DNA from: Bacillota bacterium
Lineage (GTDB): Bacteria; Bacillota; JAAYKD01
NCBI GenBank assembly: GCA_963666425.2
Contig: OY762825.2
Coordinates: 192,001-256,000, forward strand
Direction: 5' to 3'
DNA: 64,000 bases
This document shows, piece by piece, positions 1-10,432 of the stretch (position 1 is its first letter; each line of letters begins with the position of its first letter). The notes under the pieces were generated by a model. The model was given only the letters and a program-made list of their open reading frames with translations. It did not search any database and was not told the DNA's origin. A program made the translations under genes and the position numbers.

Positions 1-2
1 CC

Positions 3-890
3 GGTTTTGAAGCCGCACTTTTTGCCACCAGCGGTACTCAGGGTAATTTATTGGCTTTGCTGAGTCATTGCCGTTCCGGCGATGAAGTCATTCTGGAAGA
101 AGACAGTCATATTTTCGTCAATGAAGTCGGCGGCATGGCCGCTTTGGGCGGCATTCAGGCTAAAACACTGCGCGGCCCGCTTTCTGCTCAGGGGGCTCTT
201 GATCCGGCGGCTGTGGAAGCGGCTATCCGGGCGGAAAATATCCATTATCCCGTGACGACTTTAGTCTGTTTGGAAAATACCCATAACAAAGGCGGCGGTG
301 CCGCTTCTACTCCGGCTCAGATGCAGGCAGTGGCCAAGGTTGCCCATGCGCACGGCATGCAGATTCATCTGGATGGCGCGCGCGCCTTCAATGCGGCTGT
401 GGCGCAGCAGCTCACGATCAAAACTCTTTTAGAGGGTTTGGATTCTGCCCAGCTCTGTTTGTCCAAAGGCTTAGGCGCTCCGGTCGGATCCGTCTTGGTG
501 GGAGAACGTGATTTCATCAAACGTGCCAGAAAATGGCGCAAAATGATCGGCGGCGGTATGCGTCAGGCCGGCGTGATTGCTGCGGCCGGTTTATTTGCTT
601 TGCAGAACAATATCCCGCAGCTGAGCGAAGATCACGCCAATGCCGCTTTGCTTGCCGATGCACTGGATCAAGTCAAGGGTCTGCAGGTAGTCAGACCGGA
701 TATCATGACGAACTTAGTCGTGGTGAATACGGAAGCTTCCGGTAAAAAGGGTACGGAATGGGTAGCGATGATGGCCGAAAAGGGCATAAAAATCGGCGCC
801 AACGGCCCCTTTAGCATCCGTTTTGCGACGCATTTGGATTTATCCCAGGCGGATATCAAAGAAGCCATCGAGCGAATCCATACTATTTAA
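3..890 (+). CDS. ltaE: Low-specificity L-threonine aldolase (5' end outside window)
   Basis: Frame is open from base 3 (GFEAALFATSGTQGNL). Motifs CLENTHN, HLDGAR, PLP-lysine CLSKGLGAPVGS and GGGMRQAG. Confidence 0.9.
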   Translation, partial: GFEAALFATSGTQGNLLALLSHCRSGDEVILEEDSHIFVNEVGGMAALGGIQAKTLRGPLSAQGALDPAAVEAAIRAENIHYPVTTLVCLENTHNKGGGAASTPAQMQAVAKVAHAHGMQIHLDGARAFNAAVAQQLTIKTLLEGLDSAQLCLSKGLGAPVGSVLVGERDFIKRARKWRKMIGGGMRQAGVIAAAGLFALQNNIPQLSEDHANAALLADALDQVKGLQVVRPDIMTNLVVVNTEASGKKGTEWVAMMAEKGIKIGANGPFSIRFATHLDLSQADIKEAIERIHTI

Positions 891-907
891 TAGGAGGAAT
901 TGAGGAT

Positions 908-2056
908 ATGCTGGCATTTATCAATGCAGAGATCTGGACAGCAGCGAACGGTAAGCTTAAAAACGCTAAAATTCTGCTGCAGGATGGTAAAATTAGCGCG
1001 ATTGGTCAGGATATTGCCATTCCGGCGGCAGCAAAAGTGATTGACGCAGAGGGAAAGATCATCACACCCGGTTTGATTGACACGCACAGCCATGTTGGCG
1101 TGATGGAAGAATCGATCGGCTGGGCCGGTGACGATGTCAACGAGTGTACCGATCCCAATACGGCGCAGGTCAGAGCTTTGGACGGAATCAATCCTTATGA
1201 TCAGGGTTTTGAAGATTGTCTGGCCGGCGGTGTCACGACGGTACAGGTGGGACCCGGTTCCGGCAATGTGATCGGCGGTGAAATGGTTGTCCTAAAGACA
1301 GCCGGCAGCGTAGTGGATCAGATGGTGATTAAGCAATTATCCGGTATGAAGGCCGCCTTGGGTGAGAATCCCAAGAATGTCTATGGCAGTCAAAAAAAGA
1401 TGCCTTCTACCCGCATGGGATCCGCTGCGGTGCTGCGCACGGCCTTGCTGGACGCCAAGAATTATTTGTTGAAAAAAGAAGCCGGTAAAGAGCAGGCTTT
1501 TGACATGCGCAAGGAAAATCTGGGCAAAGTTTTGACGCGTGAAATTCCTTTGCGCATCCACGCGCATCGAGCCGACGATATTATGACCGCGCTGCGCATT
1601 GCCGAGGAATTCCAGATTGAAATTTCCTTGGAACACTGCACAGAGGGAGATAAAGTGGCGGAATTGATTGCCGCCAAGGGGATTTATGCCGCAGTTGGTC
1701 CGACCATGAGCGCAAAATCCAAAGTCGAGTTAAAGGATCTGGGTTATCATACCCCTGTGGCATTGGCCAAAGCCGGCGTAGCTTTTTCCATCATTTCGGA
1801 TCACCCGATTATTCCGGAAAAATATCTGCATATTTCCGCAGGGCTCGCCATTCGCGAAGGTTTGGATGAAGAAATTGCCTTCCAAGCCATCACCGAAATT
1901 CCGGCGAAAATGTTGGGTCTGTTTGATCGGATCGGTTCTCTGGAGGTCGGCAAAGATGCCGATTTGGTTGTCTGGAGCGAAGATCCCTTTGAGCTGATGG
2001 CGCAGGTTTGCTATACCGTGATTAACGGAACGATCGTCTGGCAGGGAGGGAAATAA
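908..2056 (+). CDS. Metal-dependent amidohydrolase (imidazolonepropionase-like)
   Basis: PGLIDTHSH, K-ALGENPK, HAHRADD, SDHP, GSLEVGKDAD; GGAGG/GAGG RBS upstream. Confidence 0.88.
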   Translation: MLAFINAEIWTAANGKLKNAKILLQDGKISAIGQDIAIPAAAKVIDAEGKIITPGLIDTHSHVGVMEESIGWAGDDVNECTDPNTAQVRALDGINPYDQGFEDCLAGGVTTVQVGPGSGNVIGGEMVVLKTAGSVVDQMVIKQLSGMKAALGENPKNVYGSQKKMPSTRMGSAAVLRTALLDAKNYLLKKEAGKEQAFDMRKENLGKVLTREIPLRIHAHRADDIMTALRIAEEFQIEISLEHCTEGDKVAELIAAKGIYAAVGPTMSAKSKVELKDLGYHTPVALAKAGVAFSIISDHPIIPEKYLHISAGLAIREGLDEEIAFQAITEIPAKMLGLFDRIGSLEVGKDADLVVWSEDPFELMAQVCYTVINGTIVWQGGK

Positions 2057-2058
2057 AG

Positions 2059-3219
2059 ATGCTGGCTATCATTAATGCTAACTTATATCCGATTTCTACT
2101 AGCAGGTTAACTGGTGCTACCATGCTGGTGGAAAACGGTAAAATCATCGCAGTCGGTCAAAATATTGCCATCCCAAATGATGCGGAAGTGATCGACGCTG
2201 CCTCTTACACGATTCTGCCCGGCTGGGTTGACGCGCATACCCACGTCGGTATCTGGGGTGAAGCTGAAGGTCATGCCAGTTATGACGGCAATGAAGGTTC
2301 TTCTCCCATCACACCGCAGGTGCGCGGCCTGGATGCTGTCAACCCGGCGCATCACAGTTTTGCCGATGCCAGAAGCATTGGCACCACAACCGTACAGACC
2401 GGTCCCGGTTCCGGCAATATCTTAGGCGGTGAAATGCTGACCATCAAGACAGCCGGCCATGTGATTGATCAGATGGTCTTAAGGGCTCCCAGTGGAATCA
2501 AATCGGCTTTGGGTGAAAACCCAAAACGCTTCCACGGTCAGGCCATGAAGCGGATGCCTTCCACCCGGATGGGCTCTGCCGCCATGCTGCGGGAATATCT
2601 GATCAAAGGCCGCGAATATATGGCGAAGCTCAAAGAGGGCAAAGCAGATTTTGATTTGGGTCTAGAGAATATCGCGAAAGTGCTGCGCCTGGAATTGCCG
2701 CTGCGTGTGCATGCGCACCGTGCCGATGATATTGTGACCGCCACCCGCATTGCCGATGAATTTCAGATTCAAATCTCCATCGAGCATTGCACAGAAGGTC
2801 ACCTGATTGCCGATTATCTGGCGGAAAAGGGTTTTCCCGCTTGTGTGGGACCAACGCTCGGTCATCGTTCCAAAGTAGAAACACAAAACTTAAGCTTTAC
2901 CACCCCGGCGATCCTGCATGCAGCCGGCGTGAAAATTGCTTTGATTACCGATCATCCCTTCGTGCCGATTCCTTTCTATAATGTGGTTGGCGCCTTGGCG
3001 ACGGCCAATGGCTTGCCGGAAGCGGCTACCCTGCGGGCGATGACTTTATCACCGGCGGAGATCCTCGGTGTGCAGGCGCGGGTTGGTTCCCTCGAAGTGG
3101 GCAAGGACGCCGATTTTGTTATTTGGTCCGGGCATCCTTTCAAAACCCGCTCTCAGGTCCTTGCCACCTATATTGAAGGAAAGCGAGTCTATCAAAGAGA
3201 AGATCATCGCAGCAAGTAA
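2059..3219 (+). CDS. Metal-dependent amidohydrolase, tandem paralogue of the upstream gene
   Basis: PGWVDAHTH, KSALGENPK, HAHRADD, TDHP, GSLEVGKDAD. Confidence 0.88.
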   Translation: MLAIINANLYPISTSRLTGATMLVENGKIIAVGQNIAIPNDAEVIDAASYTILPGWVDAHTHVGIWGEAEGHASYDGNEGSSPITPQVRGLDAVNPAHHSFADARSIGTTTVQTGPGSGNILGGEMLTIKTAGHVIDQMVLRAPSGIKSALGENPKRFHGQAMKRMPSTRMGSAAMLREYLIKGREYMAKLKEGKADFDLGLENIAKVLRLELPLRVHAHRADDIVTATRIADEFQIQISIEHCTEGHLIADYLAEKGFPACVGPTLGHRSKVETQNLSFTTPAILHAAGVKIALITDHPFVPIPFYNVVGALATANGLPEAATLRAMTLSPAEILGVQARVGSLEVGKDADFVIWSGHPFKTRSQVLATYIEGKRVYQREDHRSK

Positions 3220-3240
3220 CGATTTTTGAACGTTTTTTTT

Positions 3241-3283
3241 AAAGAACAGGAATTGGGCATAGAATGGCTGATTCCTGTTCTTT
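3241..3283 (+). terminator. Inverted repeat, probable terminator
   Basis: AAAGAACAGGAAT...ATTCCTGTTCTTT just after the amidohydrolase stop codon. Confidence 0.5.
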
Positions 3284-3313
3284 GTTGCTTTCCACTCGAA
3301 AAAATGATATGAT

Positions 3314-4249
3314 TTGAGCAAAGAAACTCCGAAGGGGGAGAGTGCCTTGGCTTTCCAGACTTTTGACGAACTGATCCGCTTTGCCCGGGAAAGGCAGACA
3401 AAAAAGACGGTTGCTGCGGTTTGTCCGGATGACCCGGCTACCCTGCAGGCGATCTATGACTGCCAACAGCAGGGGTTGCTGCGGGCGCTGCTAATTGGTG
3501 AAGAAGCGAAAATCCGCAGTCTTTGGCTTGCTTTAGGTGGAAAAACAGCTGAACTTGAGATCATCGACGCGAAAGACAAAACACTTGCGGCCGCGAGAGC
3601 GGTTGCGGAAATTCGGGCCGGCCGAGCTGATTTTCTAATGAAAGGAAATCTCGATACCGCGGTTTTACTGAAAGCCGTTGTGGATAAAGAAAAGGGTTTG
3701 CGCAGCGGTAAACTAATTTCACACCTGGCTTTTTTGCAGATTCCGGGTTATCATAAGTTAATCGTCCTGACCGACAGCGGTATGGTGCTGAAACCGGACC
3801 TTACTCAAAAAAAAGCCATTCTGCTCAATGCAGTACTGGCATTGCAGGCTTTGGGTTATACATGTCCCAAAGTAGGCGTTTTAGCGGCGATAGAAAAAGT
3901 CAATCCGTCGATGCCGGAAACGATCGATGCGGCTGCCCTGACCGCCATGAATCGCAGCGGTGAACTGCCAGACTGCTGGGTGGAGGGACCGATCTCTTAT
4001 GATCTGCTGATGAGCCGGGATATCGCCGAAAAGAAAGGCTATAGCAGTCCGGTTGTAGAAGACGCGGATATCATGCTGGTCAGCGATCTGACCAGCGGCA
4101 ATCTTCTGGGTAAAGCATTGACGGTTTCGGCCCATGCCCAGATGGCCGGGCTGATCGTAGGAGCCAGCGTGCCGATCGCCCTGACATCCCGCGGCTCTCA
4201 CTTGACAGAAAAATTGAACTCTCTGATTTTAGCGGCTATCTGCTGCTGA
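3314..4249 (+). CDS. ptb: Phosphate butyryltransferase (PTA/PTB family); exact start uncertain
   Basis: ADFLMKG, TDSG, LAAIEKVNPSMPETIDAA, VEGP, GNLLGK, LTSRG; adjacent to buk. Confidence 0.88.
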   Translation: MSKETPKGESALAFQTFDELIRFARERQTKKTVAAVCPDDPATLQAIYDCQQQGLLRALLIGEEAKIRSLWLALGGKTAELEIIDAKDKTLAAARAVAEIRAGRADFLMKGNLDTAVLLKAVVDKEKGLRSGKLISHLAFLQIPGYHKLIVLTDSGMVLKPDLTQKKAILLNAVLALQALGYTCPKVGVLAAIEKVNPSMPETIDAAALTAMNRSGELPDCWVEGPISYDLLMSRDIAEKKGYSSPVVEDADIMLVSDLTSGNLLGKALTVSAHAQMAGLIVGASVPIALTSRGSHLTEKLNSLILAAICC

Positions 4250-4258
4250 GGAGGCATC

Positions 4259-5329
4259 ATGCAGACCATCTTAGTGCTCAACCCCGGTTCCACTTCCACC
4301 AAAGTGGCGCTGTTTCAGGACAAAAACAAGCGGTATGAGTGTAATTTGCAGCATGCGTCCGCTGTTTTAAAACAATTTCCTCAGATCAATGATCAGATCG
4401 AACTGCGCAAAGCGGCGGTCTTAGCTTATTTACAAGAGATTGGTTTTGATGCCAAAGCGTTGACTGCCATCGCCGCCCGCGGCGGGGTGATCGGTCAATT
4501 GGAAAGCGGCGCATATCGGATTGATGCAGCCTTAGCCCAAGCTTCGCGACTTTCCCCGGCACCGCATGCCTCCAATTTGGCGCCGATTATCGCCTACGAA
4601 TTATCTGAGCAGTGGCAGCGGCCGGCCTATATCTATGATCCTGTCTGTGGCTGCGGCATACCTGAATCGCTCTATACGATTTCCGGGATCAAAGAACTGC
4701 CCAGACCGTTTTTAACCCATGTTCTGAACAGCAGAGCGGTTTGTTTTGAATATGCTGCCCGTGAAGGAATTGATGTCCTGCGCAGCAGTTTTATTGTGAC
4801 GCATCTGGGCGGCGGTATCACCAGCAATCTGATTCGCAACGGCAAAATTCTGGATTTGGTGGGAGACGATGAAGGCACTTTTTCACCGGAACGCTCCGGT
4901 GGTGTGCCTTGCCGTGCTTTGGTCAAATTATGTTATTCTGGCCGCTATACGGAAAGAGAAATGCAGACGCTGCTGAAAGGCAAAGGCGGTTTGGTCGCTT
5001 ACCTCGGCAGCAATGATTTTATCGAAGTGGAAAAGCGAGCCTATGATCAGCAAGACGCAGAAGCCTTGCTGCTGATCCAGGCGTTGGCACTGCAGATTGC
5101 CAAGGATATCGGTTCATTAGCGACCGTGGTCAACGGTGAGGTGGATGCGATCCTGCTGACGGGAGGTTTGGCGCATTCCGCCAGGCTTTGCGGCCTGATC
5201 ACGCAGAGAATTCGCTTTTTGGCTCCTGTTGCCGTGCTGGCCGGTTCGCGCGAAATGGAAGCCTTGGCTTTCGGTGTGCTGCGGGTTTTAAATGGTGAAG
5301 AAGCGGCACACACTTTTCAGGAGGCATGA
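4259..5329 (+). CDS. buk: Butyrate (branched-chain carboxylate) kinase
   Basis: LNPGSTSTK, ARGG, HASNL, HLGGGIT, FSPERSG, LTGGLA, EMEALA. Confidence 0.92.
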   Translation: MQTILVLNPGSTSTKVALFQDKNKRYECNLQHASAVLKQFPQINDQIELRKAAVLAYLQEIGFDAKALTAIAARGGVIGQLESGAYRIDAALAQASRLSPAPHASNLAPIIAYELSEQWQRPAYIYDPVCGCGIPESLYTISGIKELPRPFLTHVLNSRAVCFEYAAREGIDVLRSSFIVTHLGGGITSNLIRNGKILDLVGDDEGTFSPERSGGVPCRALVKLCYSGRYTEREMQTLLKGKGGLVAYLGSNDFIEVEKRAYDQQDAEALLLIQALALQIAKDIGSLATVVNGEVDAILLTGGLAHSARLCGLITQRIRFLAPVAVLAGSREMEALAFGVLRVLNGEEAAHTFQEA

Positions 5330-5389
5330 AAGCTGCTGAAAACCGGCGAGTGGAGCTTGAGCAGAATGAACTGGGAGGGAGACCGAACC

Positions 5390-6721
5390 ATGGATCTTTT
5401 TGATTTGGCGGCTGCGGACGACAACAAACGCAGCGAGCCGCTGGCCTCGCGCATGCGGCCGCAGACTTTGGATGAAATCATCGGACAGGAAGCAATCATC
5501 GGCAAAGGAACCCAACTGCGCCGTGCGATCGAGGCGGACCGCATCGGTTCGATTATTTTCTACGGTCCGCCCGGCAGTGGGAAAACGACCATTGCCCGTC
5601 TGATTGCCCATTACACCAAAGCGGAATTTCATTCGCTTAGCGCGGTGTCTGCCGGCGTTGCCGATGTAAAAAAAGTGATCGCCGACGCGGCGGATTTTCG
5701 CAAAATGTACCGCAAAAAAACTATCCTCTTTGTGGATGAGATTCATCGCTTCAACAAGGCGCAGCAGGATGCTTTGCTCTCGGCGGTGGAAGAGGGGATC
5801 ATCGGCCTGATCGGCGCCACCACGGCCAATCCTTTTTTTGATGTCAACTCGGCGCTCCTGAGCCGAGCGCGAATTTATAAATTGAACCCTCTGACAGCGG
5901 TGAGTCTGGAAACCATCCTGCGGCAGGCAATGAGCGATAAAGAACGCGGTTTGGGCGAACTGCCTTTAGAAATTGAAACGGAAGCGATGCAGCACCTGAT
6001 CAACAGCGCCAACGGCGATGCCCGCAAAGCGCTCAATGGTTTGGAACTGGCAGCGCTGACGACAGCACCGGGAGGGAACGGTAAAATCCAACTGACACTG
6101 GAGATCATCGCGGAAGCGATGCAGAGCAAAGCCTTACGCTATGATAAAGACGGCGATCAGCATTATGACATTATTTCGGCTTTTATCAAATCGATGCGCG
6201 GCAGTGATCCGGATGCGGCTTTGTTTTGGCTGGCTGCCATGCTGGCAGCGGGGGAGAGCCCCCGTTTTATCGCCCGACGCGTGGTGATCTGTGCCAGTGA
6301 AGATGTCGGTAATGCCGACCCCATGGCTTTGTTGGTAGCCAATGCCGCTGCGCAGGCGGTTGAGTTGATCGGTCTGCCGGAAGCACGCATTAATCTGGCG
6401 CAGGCCGTTTCTTATGTCGCCTCGGCTGCCAAAAGCAACGCCTCTTACAAAGCCTATGAAGCGGCTGCTGCCGCAGTCGAACAGGCGGAAAACATTGAAG
6501 TACCGCTGCATCTGCGCGACGCCAGTTATCAAGGGGCAAAATCGTTCGGCCACGGCCAGGGTTATCAGTATGCGCATGATTATCCGGAGCACTTTGTCAA
6601 ACAGCAGTACTTACCGACTGCGCTGCAGGAAGCTAGTTTCTACCAACCGACAGAAAACGGTCAGGAAGCTAAGATTAAAGCGCGCTTACGGCGGCTTTGG
6701 AGAGATCGTTATGATTTTTGA
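5390..6721 (+). CDS. rarA: Replication-associated recombination protein A (MgsA/RarA AAA+ ATPase)
   Basis: [55 protein letters not shown]; ATG at 5390 after GGAGG. Confidence 0.95.
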   Translation: MDLFDLAAADDNKRSEPLASRMRPQTLDEIIGQEAIIGKGTQLRRAIEADRIGSIIFYGPPGSGKTTIARLIAHYTKAEFHSLSAVSAGVADVKKVIADAADFRKMYRKKTILFVDEIHRFNKAQQDALLSAVEEGIIGLIGATTANPFFDVNSALLSRARIYKLNPLTAVSLETILRQAMSDKERGLGELPLEIETEAMQHLINSANGDARKALNGLELAALTTAPGGNGKIQLTLEIIAEAMQSKALRYDKDGDQHYDIISAFIKSMRGSDPDAALFWLAAMLAAGESPRFIARRVVICASEDVGNADPMALLVANAAAQAVELIGLPEARINLAQAVSYVASAAKSNASYKAYEAAAAAVEQAENIEVPLHLRDASYQGAKSFGHGQGYQYAHDYPEHFVKQQYLPTALQEASFYQPTENGQEAKIKARLRRLWRDRYDF

Positions 6722-7334
6722 GTATTTTGTGCCCGATCATCCCGCCTCCGTGAAAATTGCTGTGGGGCTCTGCCGTTTCATAGGTAATGCAGCCGAAGTA
6801 GAGAAGGAAGCAGATATAAAAAATTTCCTGGAGGAAATGAAAAGAAAATATCCGGACGCTTCGCATCACTGTTGGGCCTACCGGCTCGGTTATGACAATC
6901 GCGCCACCTTTCGTTACAGCGATGACGGTGAGCCGTCACAAACGGCAGGTGCTCCGATTCTGACCGCCATCGACCATCTCAAGCTGACCAATACAATGGT
7001 GATTGTCACACGTTATTATGGCGGCGTCAATCAGGGGGTCGGCGGCTTGATCCGGGCATACCATGCGGCGGCAGCCGCTGTGCTGCAGGAAGCCGGCTGC
7101 AAGACTGTAACGATCCTTACCGAAATTAGAATTCCCTGCCGTTATGATCAAATCGGTTTGGTCACACGGGAATTGGAAGCGATCCATGCCGGCATTGTTG
7201 CCACAGAATATCAAATGGAAGTGTTGGTACAGGCAAAAATCCGTCCGGTGGACCTGGCACGCTTCTCGGCGCGCCTGTTTGATTTATCCAGCGGCACCAT
7301 TCAAGTAATAAGAACAGAGGAAGAAGCAGAGTGA
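6711..7334 (+). CDS. YigZ/IMPACT family protein
   Basis: DASHHCWAY, SDDGEPSQTAG, VTRYYGG-GGL. The real start is ATG 6711; the upstream part of the track ORF is overlap with rarA. Confidence 0.9.
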   Translation: MIFEYFVPDHPASVKIAVGLCRFIGNAAEVEKEADIKNFLEEMKRKYPDASHHCWAYRLGYDNRATFRYSDDGEPSQTAGAPILTAIDHLKLTNTMVIVTRYYGGVNQGVGGLIRAYHAAAAAVLQEAGCKTVTILTEIRIPCRYDQIGLVTRELEAIHAGIVATEYQMEVLVQAKIRPVDLARFSARLFDLSSGTIQVIRTEEEAE

Positions 7335-8437
7335 TGAAAAAACAACGGGTACTGATGGCGATGAGCGGCGGTGTGGACAGTTCCTTAGCCGCTTGTTTAT
7401 TGCAGGAGCAAGGTTATGAAGTGATTGGAGCGACAATTCGCAATTGGACCCCACCCGGATGGGAAGAATTGACCGCTGAGGTGGGCGGCTGCTGTTCACT
7501 TTCCACGGTAGAGGATGCCAGACGAGTGGCGTTTCAGCTGGGGATTCCTTTTTATGTGCTGAATTTCGCCGATGCTTTTGAGAATGAAGTAGTCAAGCCT
7601 TTTGCCGCAGCCTATCTGGCGGGGGAAACCCCGAATCCTTGCGTGCTCTGTAATAAGACCATGCGTTTTGGTTTGCTTTATCATAAAGCGAGAGAATTGG
7701 AAGCCGATTTTGTTGCCACCGGTCATTATGCCCGTGTGCACTATGCCGACGAGCGTTATCATTTGCTGAAAGGGCTCGATGCCAAAAAAGATCAAAGTTA
7801 TATGCTCTATACCGCAACGCAGCAGGCTCTGGCCATGACACTGTATCCGCTTGGCGCTTACAACAAGGAACAGACCCGACAAATGGCACGTGAGAGGGGT
7901 TTGGCGGTCGCGGGGAAACCGGACAGCCAGGATGTCTGCTTTATCCCGGATGGCAACATCGAAGGATTCCTTGCTGCTTATCGACCCGGCAATTATGCGG
8001 GTGAGATCGTTTACCGTGACGGACGGATTCTGGGCAGACATACAGGCTATCAGCAGTTTACGATCGGACAAAGAAAAGGGCTTGGTCTTGCCTGGCCGCA
8101 GCCGCTCTATGTACTGAAGATTGATGCCGTCAGCAAAAGGGTCATCGTTGCTGAAAAAGAATTCCTCTACAGCAACCGCTTACAGGCCGATCAGCTGAAT
8201 TGGATTGCCTTTGATGCGCTGCAGGAACCCTTGCAGGTATCAGCCAAAATTCGTTATGCGGCAAAGCCGGTGGATGTGCTGATCAGTCCGTCTTGCGACG
8301 GCAACTGCAGCGTTGAATTTAAAGAAGAGCAGCGGTCGGTTACGCCCGGTCAGGCCATTGTATTTTATAAAGGCGACGAGGTGCTCGGCGGCGGCAGGAT
8401 TCGTCAAATATTCGGTGAAGAGGAGAGAGAAGCATGA
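7331..8437 (+). CDS. mnmA: tRNA 2-thiouridine(34) synthase
   Basis: AMSGGVDSS, TPNPCVLCN, ATGHYA, KDQSY, SQDVCF, TIGQRKGLG, TPGQ. Confidence 0.96.
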   Translation: MMKKQRVLMAMSGGVDSSLAACLLQEQGYEVIGATIRNWTPPGWEELTAEVGGCCSLSTVEDARRVAFQLGIPFYVLNFADAFENEVVKPFAAAYLAGETPNPCVLCNKTMRFGLLYHKARELEADFVATGHYARVHYADERYHLLKGLDAKKDQSYMLYTATQQALAMTLYPLGAYNKEQTRQMARERGLAVAGKPDSQDVCFIPDGNIEGFLAAYRPGNYAGEIVYRDGRILGRHTGYQQFTIGQRKGLGLAWPQPLYVLKIDAVSKRVIVAEKEFLYSNRLQADQLNWIAFDALQEPLQVSAKIRYAAKPVDVLISPSCDGNCSVEFKEEQRSVTPGQAIVFYKGDEVLGGGRIRQIFGEEEREA

Positions 8438-8700
8438 TAGAGACACAAACGATTGATTTTTGTGAAGATAACTTACGTTCAGTGGCAGGCGCTGCCGAAA
8501 CGGCAGAAAAAATCAAAGCAGCGCTGCGGGATACACCGCTGCGTTTTTATACGCAGCGGTGTATCAATGCCTGCCGACCGTGCCATCGCAGCAGTTTAAT
8601 CTTAAGATTAAACGATGAATTGATCGAAGCTGAAACAAACGAAGAAATCATGGAAAAAATACTAAAAAAATTCAACCAAAGCGCTTGCGAAAATAGTTAG
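8434..8700 (+). CDS. Small Cys-containing protein, DUF1450/YuzB-like
   Basis: ATGA overlap with mnmA; DFCEDN and CINACRPC motifs; 88 aa. Confidence 0.6.
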   Translation: MIETQTIDFCEDNLRSVAGAAETAEKIKAALRDTPLRFYTQRCINACRPCHRSSLILRLNDELIEAETNEEIMEKILKKFNQSACENS

Positions 8701-8713
8701 AATGTGTTATATT
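8685..8713 (+). promoter_or_regulatory. Sigma-A promoter of tRNA-Leu
   Basis: TTGCGA-17 bp-TATATT with TGn extended -10. Confidence 0.7.
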
Positions 8714-8734
8714 CTTGATGCGCCAGAAAAACAT

Positions 8735-8820
8735 GCCGGAGTGGCGGAATGGCAGACGCACTTGACTCAAAATCAAGCGTATTTACGTACATGCCGGTTC
8801 AAGTCCGGCCTTCGGCACCA
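8735..8820 (+). tRNA. tRNA-Leu(CAA)
   Basis: GCCGGAG acceptor/CTTCGGC-ACCA, D-loop GGCGGAATGGCAGAC, anticodon arm CTTGA-CTCAAAA-TCAAG, long variable arm, GGTTCAAGTCC. Confidence 0.97.
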
Positions 8821-8821
8821 T

Positions 8822-8871
8822 AACAGTTAAGGCAACTGATACAATCGTATCAGTTGCCTTAACTGTTTTTT
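8822..8871 (+). terminator. Intrinsic terminator after tRNA-Leu
   Basis: Perfect 21-bp stem AACAGTTAAGGCAACTGATAC-aatc-GTATCAGTTGCCTTAACTGTT followed by a T run. Confidence 0.85.
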
Positions 8872-9225
8872 ATGCCCCCCGAAATGAATGGAAAGCAGAA
8901 GCTTATTACAGCGAACAAAAAGTGGCTTAAACCTCTTACCTCTATGGCAGGATATCTCACCTGTTCGCTTAAAAAAATGTCGTTCAACTTGGCGATATTT
9001 GACCGAAACGCTGCAAACAAGGTTTCTGACGAGTTGCCTGATATTAAAAATAAATACATAGGTGGTCATTCGAGGGGGGGAATGGCAAGCAGTTATGCTG
9101 CAAATAATAAAGATAAGATCAAAGGTAATATTTTTCTCGTCGATAAGCAGAGAAGACCAACAGGATATAGCAGTAAAAGTGATTTTAGACTCCATACAGG
9201 AGAAATACAAAGAATGATGTTTTGA
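8872..9225 (+). pseudogene. Decayed alpha/beta hydrolase fragment
   Basis: KMSFNLAIFDRNAA...YIGGHSRGG resembles the MPFNLAVF...GGHSLGG nucleophile elbow; no credible N-terminus and premature end. Confidence 0.65.
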
Positions 9226-9591
9226 TGTCACTTCATCATAAACAATATTGTAATTAGACAAGTGAAAAGAGGATCAATAGGAAAGCTGCACTTATTTATT
9301 TTTCAATTGAAGGTAACACGAAATATGTCGCAGAATAAATAGTAAAAGTATTAGATGCAGACATGATACAGAGGATGCCGGCAAAGAAATATCCAACGGG
9401 TAAAGTCAGAAAATTTTTAGGGTGTGAGAAAAGTGCTGCTTTTAAAGAAAAATGCATGCCTTTCTGTTGATTATCTATAGCGGAGTTTTCAGCAACGATG
9501 TTCTTTGATGATATAATAACTGCATCGCGGCAAGAGTCTAAAAAGGGTACCAATCAAGAAATTTAGAACAAAACGGAAGGAGGATTTTTAA

Positions 9592-10383
9592 ATGGAACTA
9601 GATCAATTTGCACGATTACGCAGGTTTAATTTGATTATGGGGGCGTTGCACTTTGTTCAGGGACTGGCGATGCTTTTTCTTGCAACTTCGGTTATTCAGA
9701 ATATTGCTGAGTTCAAGCCGACAATTATTCAGTTTTATCTGACGTTTGATCCGCAATCCCAATCACTTGTTTCTGCTTCGAGAACACTTTTTGATTTGCC
9801 GTTTGGTATTTTAGTGGCGATTTTTCTTTTGCTATCGGCCTTCTTTCACGGACTGATTGCTTTACCAAAAGGGATGAATGCGATCTATAACAGAGATTTG
9901 GCAAAGGGTATTAATAAATTCCGCTGGTTTGAATACTCTCTTAGCTCATCCATAATGATCGTTTTGATTTCCACTCTATTTGGCATATATGATATTGCTA
10001 CCTTATTATTGATTTTTATCGTCAATGCTTCCATGAATCTGTTTGGTTTGGTTATGGAACAATTGAACGAAGGCAGCAACAAAGACAATGTGCGATGGGG
10101 ACCTTTTATCTGGGGTTCGCTTGCAGGGATTGCTCCCTGGATAACGATTTTGTTATATATGTTTGGTACGGGTGAATTCAGTCGGGTTCCTTGGTTTGTC
10201 TGGGCTATCGTCGGAACCTATTTCGTTGCATTCAACACGTTCCCTGTTAACATGATCCTGCAGTACAAGAGAATCGGGAAATGGAGCAACTACCTTTATG
10301 GAGAAAGAACGTACATTGTTCTAAGTCTTGTAGCCAAATCGATTCTGGCCTGGCTGGTTCTGTTTGGTGCAATGCAGCCATGA
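9592..10383 (+). CDS. heR: Heliorhodopsin
   Basis: 7-TM protein with ALHFVQ, FFHGL, NKFRWFEYSLSSSIM, FNTFPVNM, YGERTYIVLSLVAKS (retinal lysine); GGAGG RBS. Confidence 0.93.
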   Translation: MELDQFARLRRFNLIMGALHFVQGLAMLFLATSVIQNIAEFKPTIIQFYLTFDPQSQSLVSASRTLFDLPFGILVAIFLLLSAFFHGLIALPKGMNAIYNRDLAKGINKFRWFEYSLSSSIMIVLISTLFGIYDIATLLLIFIVNASMNLFGLVMEQLNEGSNKDNVRWGPFIWGSLAGIAPWITILLYMFGTGEFSRVPWFVWAIVGTYFVAFNTFPVNMILQYKRIGKWSNYLYGERTYIVLSLVAKSILAWLVLFGAMQP

Positions 10384-10432
10384 TTGGAGTGCCGGAGCGG
10401 TCATATGAGTTAATGGGCAGGAGGGCACATCA

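Noticed and set aside
6414-6710. N-terminal 99 aa of the 306-aa ORF
   Set aside because: Alternative frame overlapping rarA; YigZ similarity begins at ATG 6711.
4247-6721. UGA recoding suggested by the unusual tRNA-Trp
   Set aside because: ptb, buk, rarA and other genes end at TGA at their expected lengths, and Trp is encoded by TGG.
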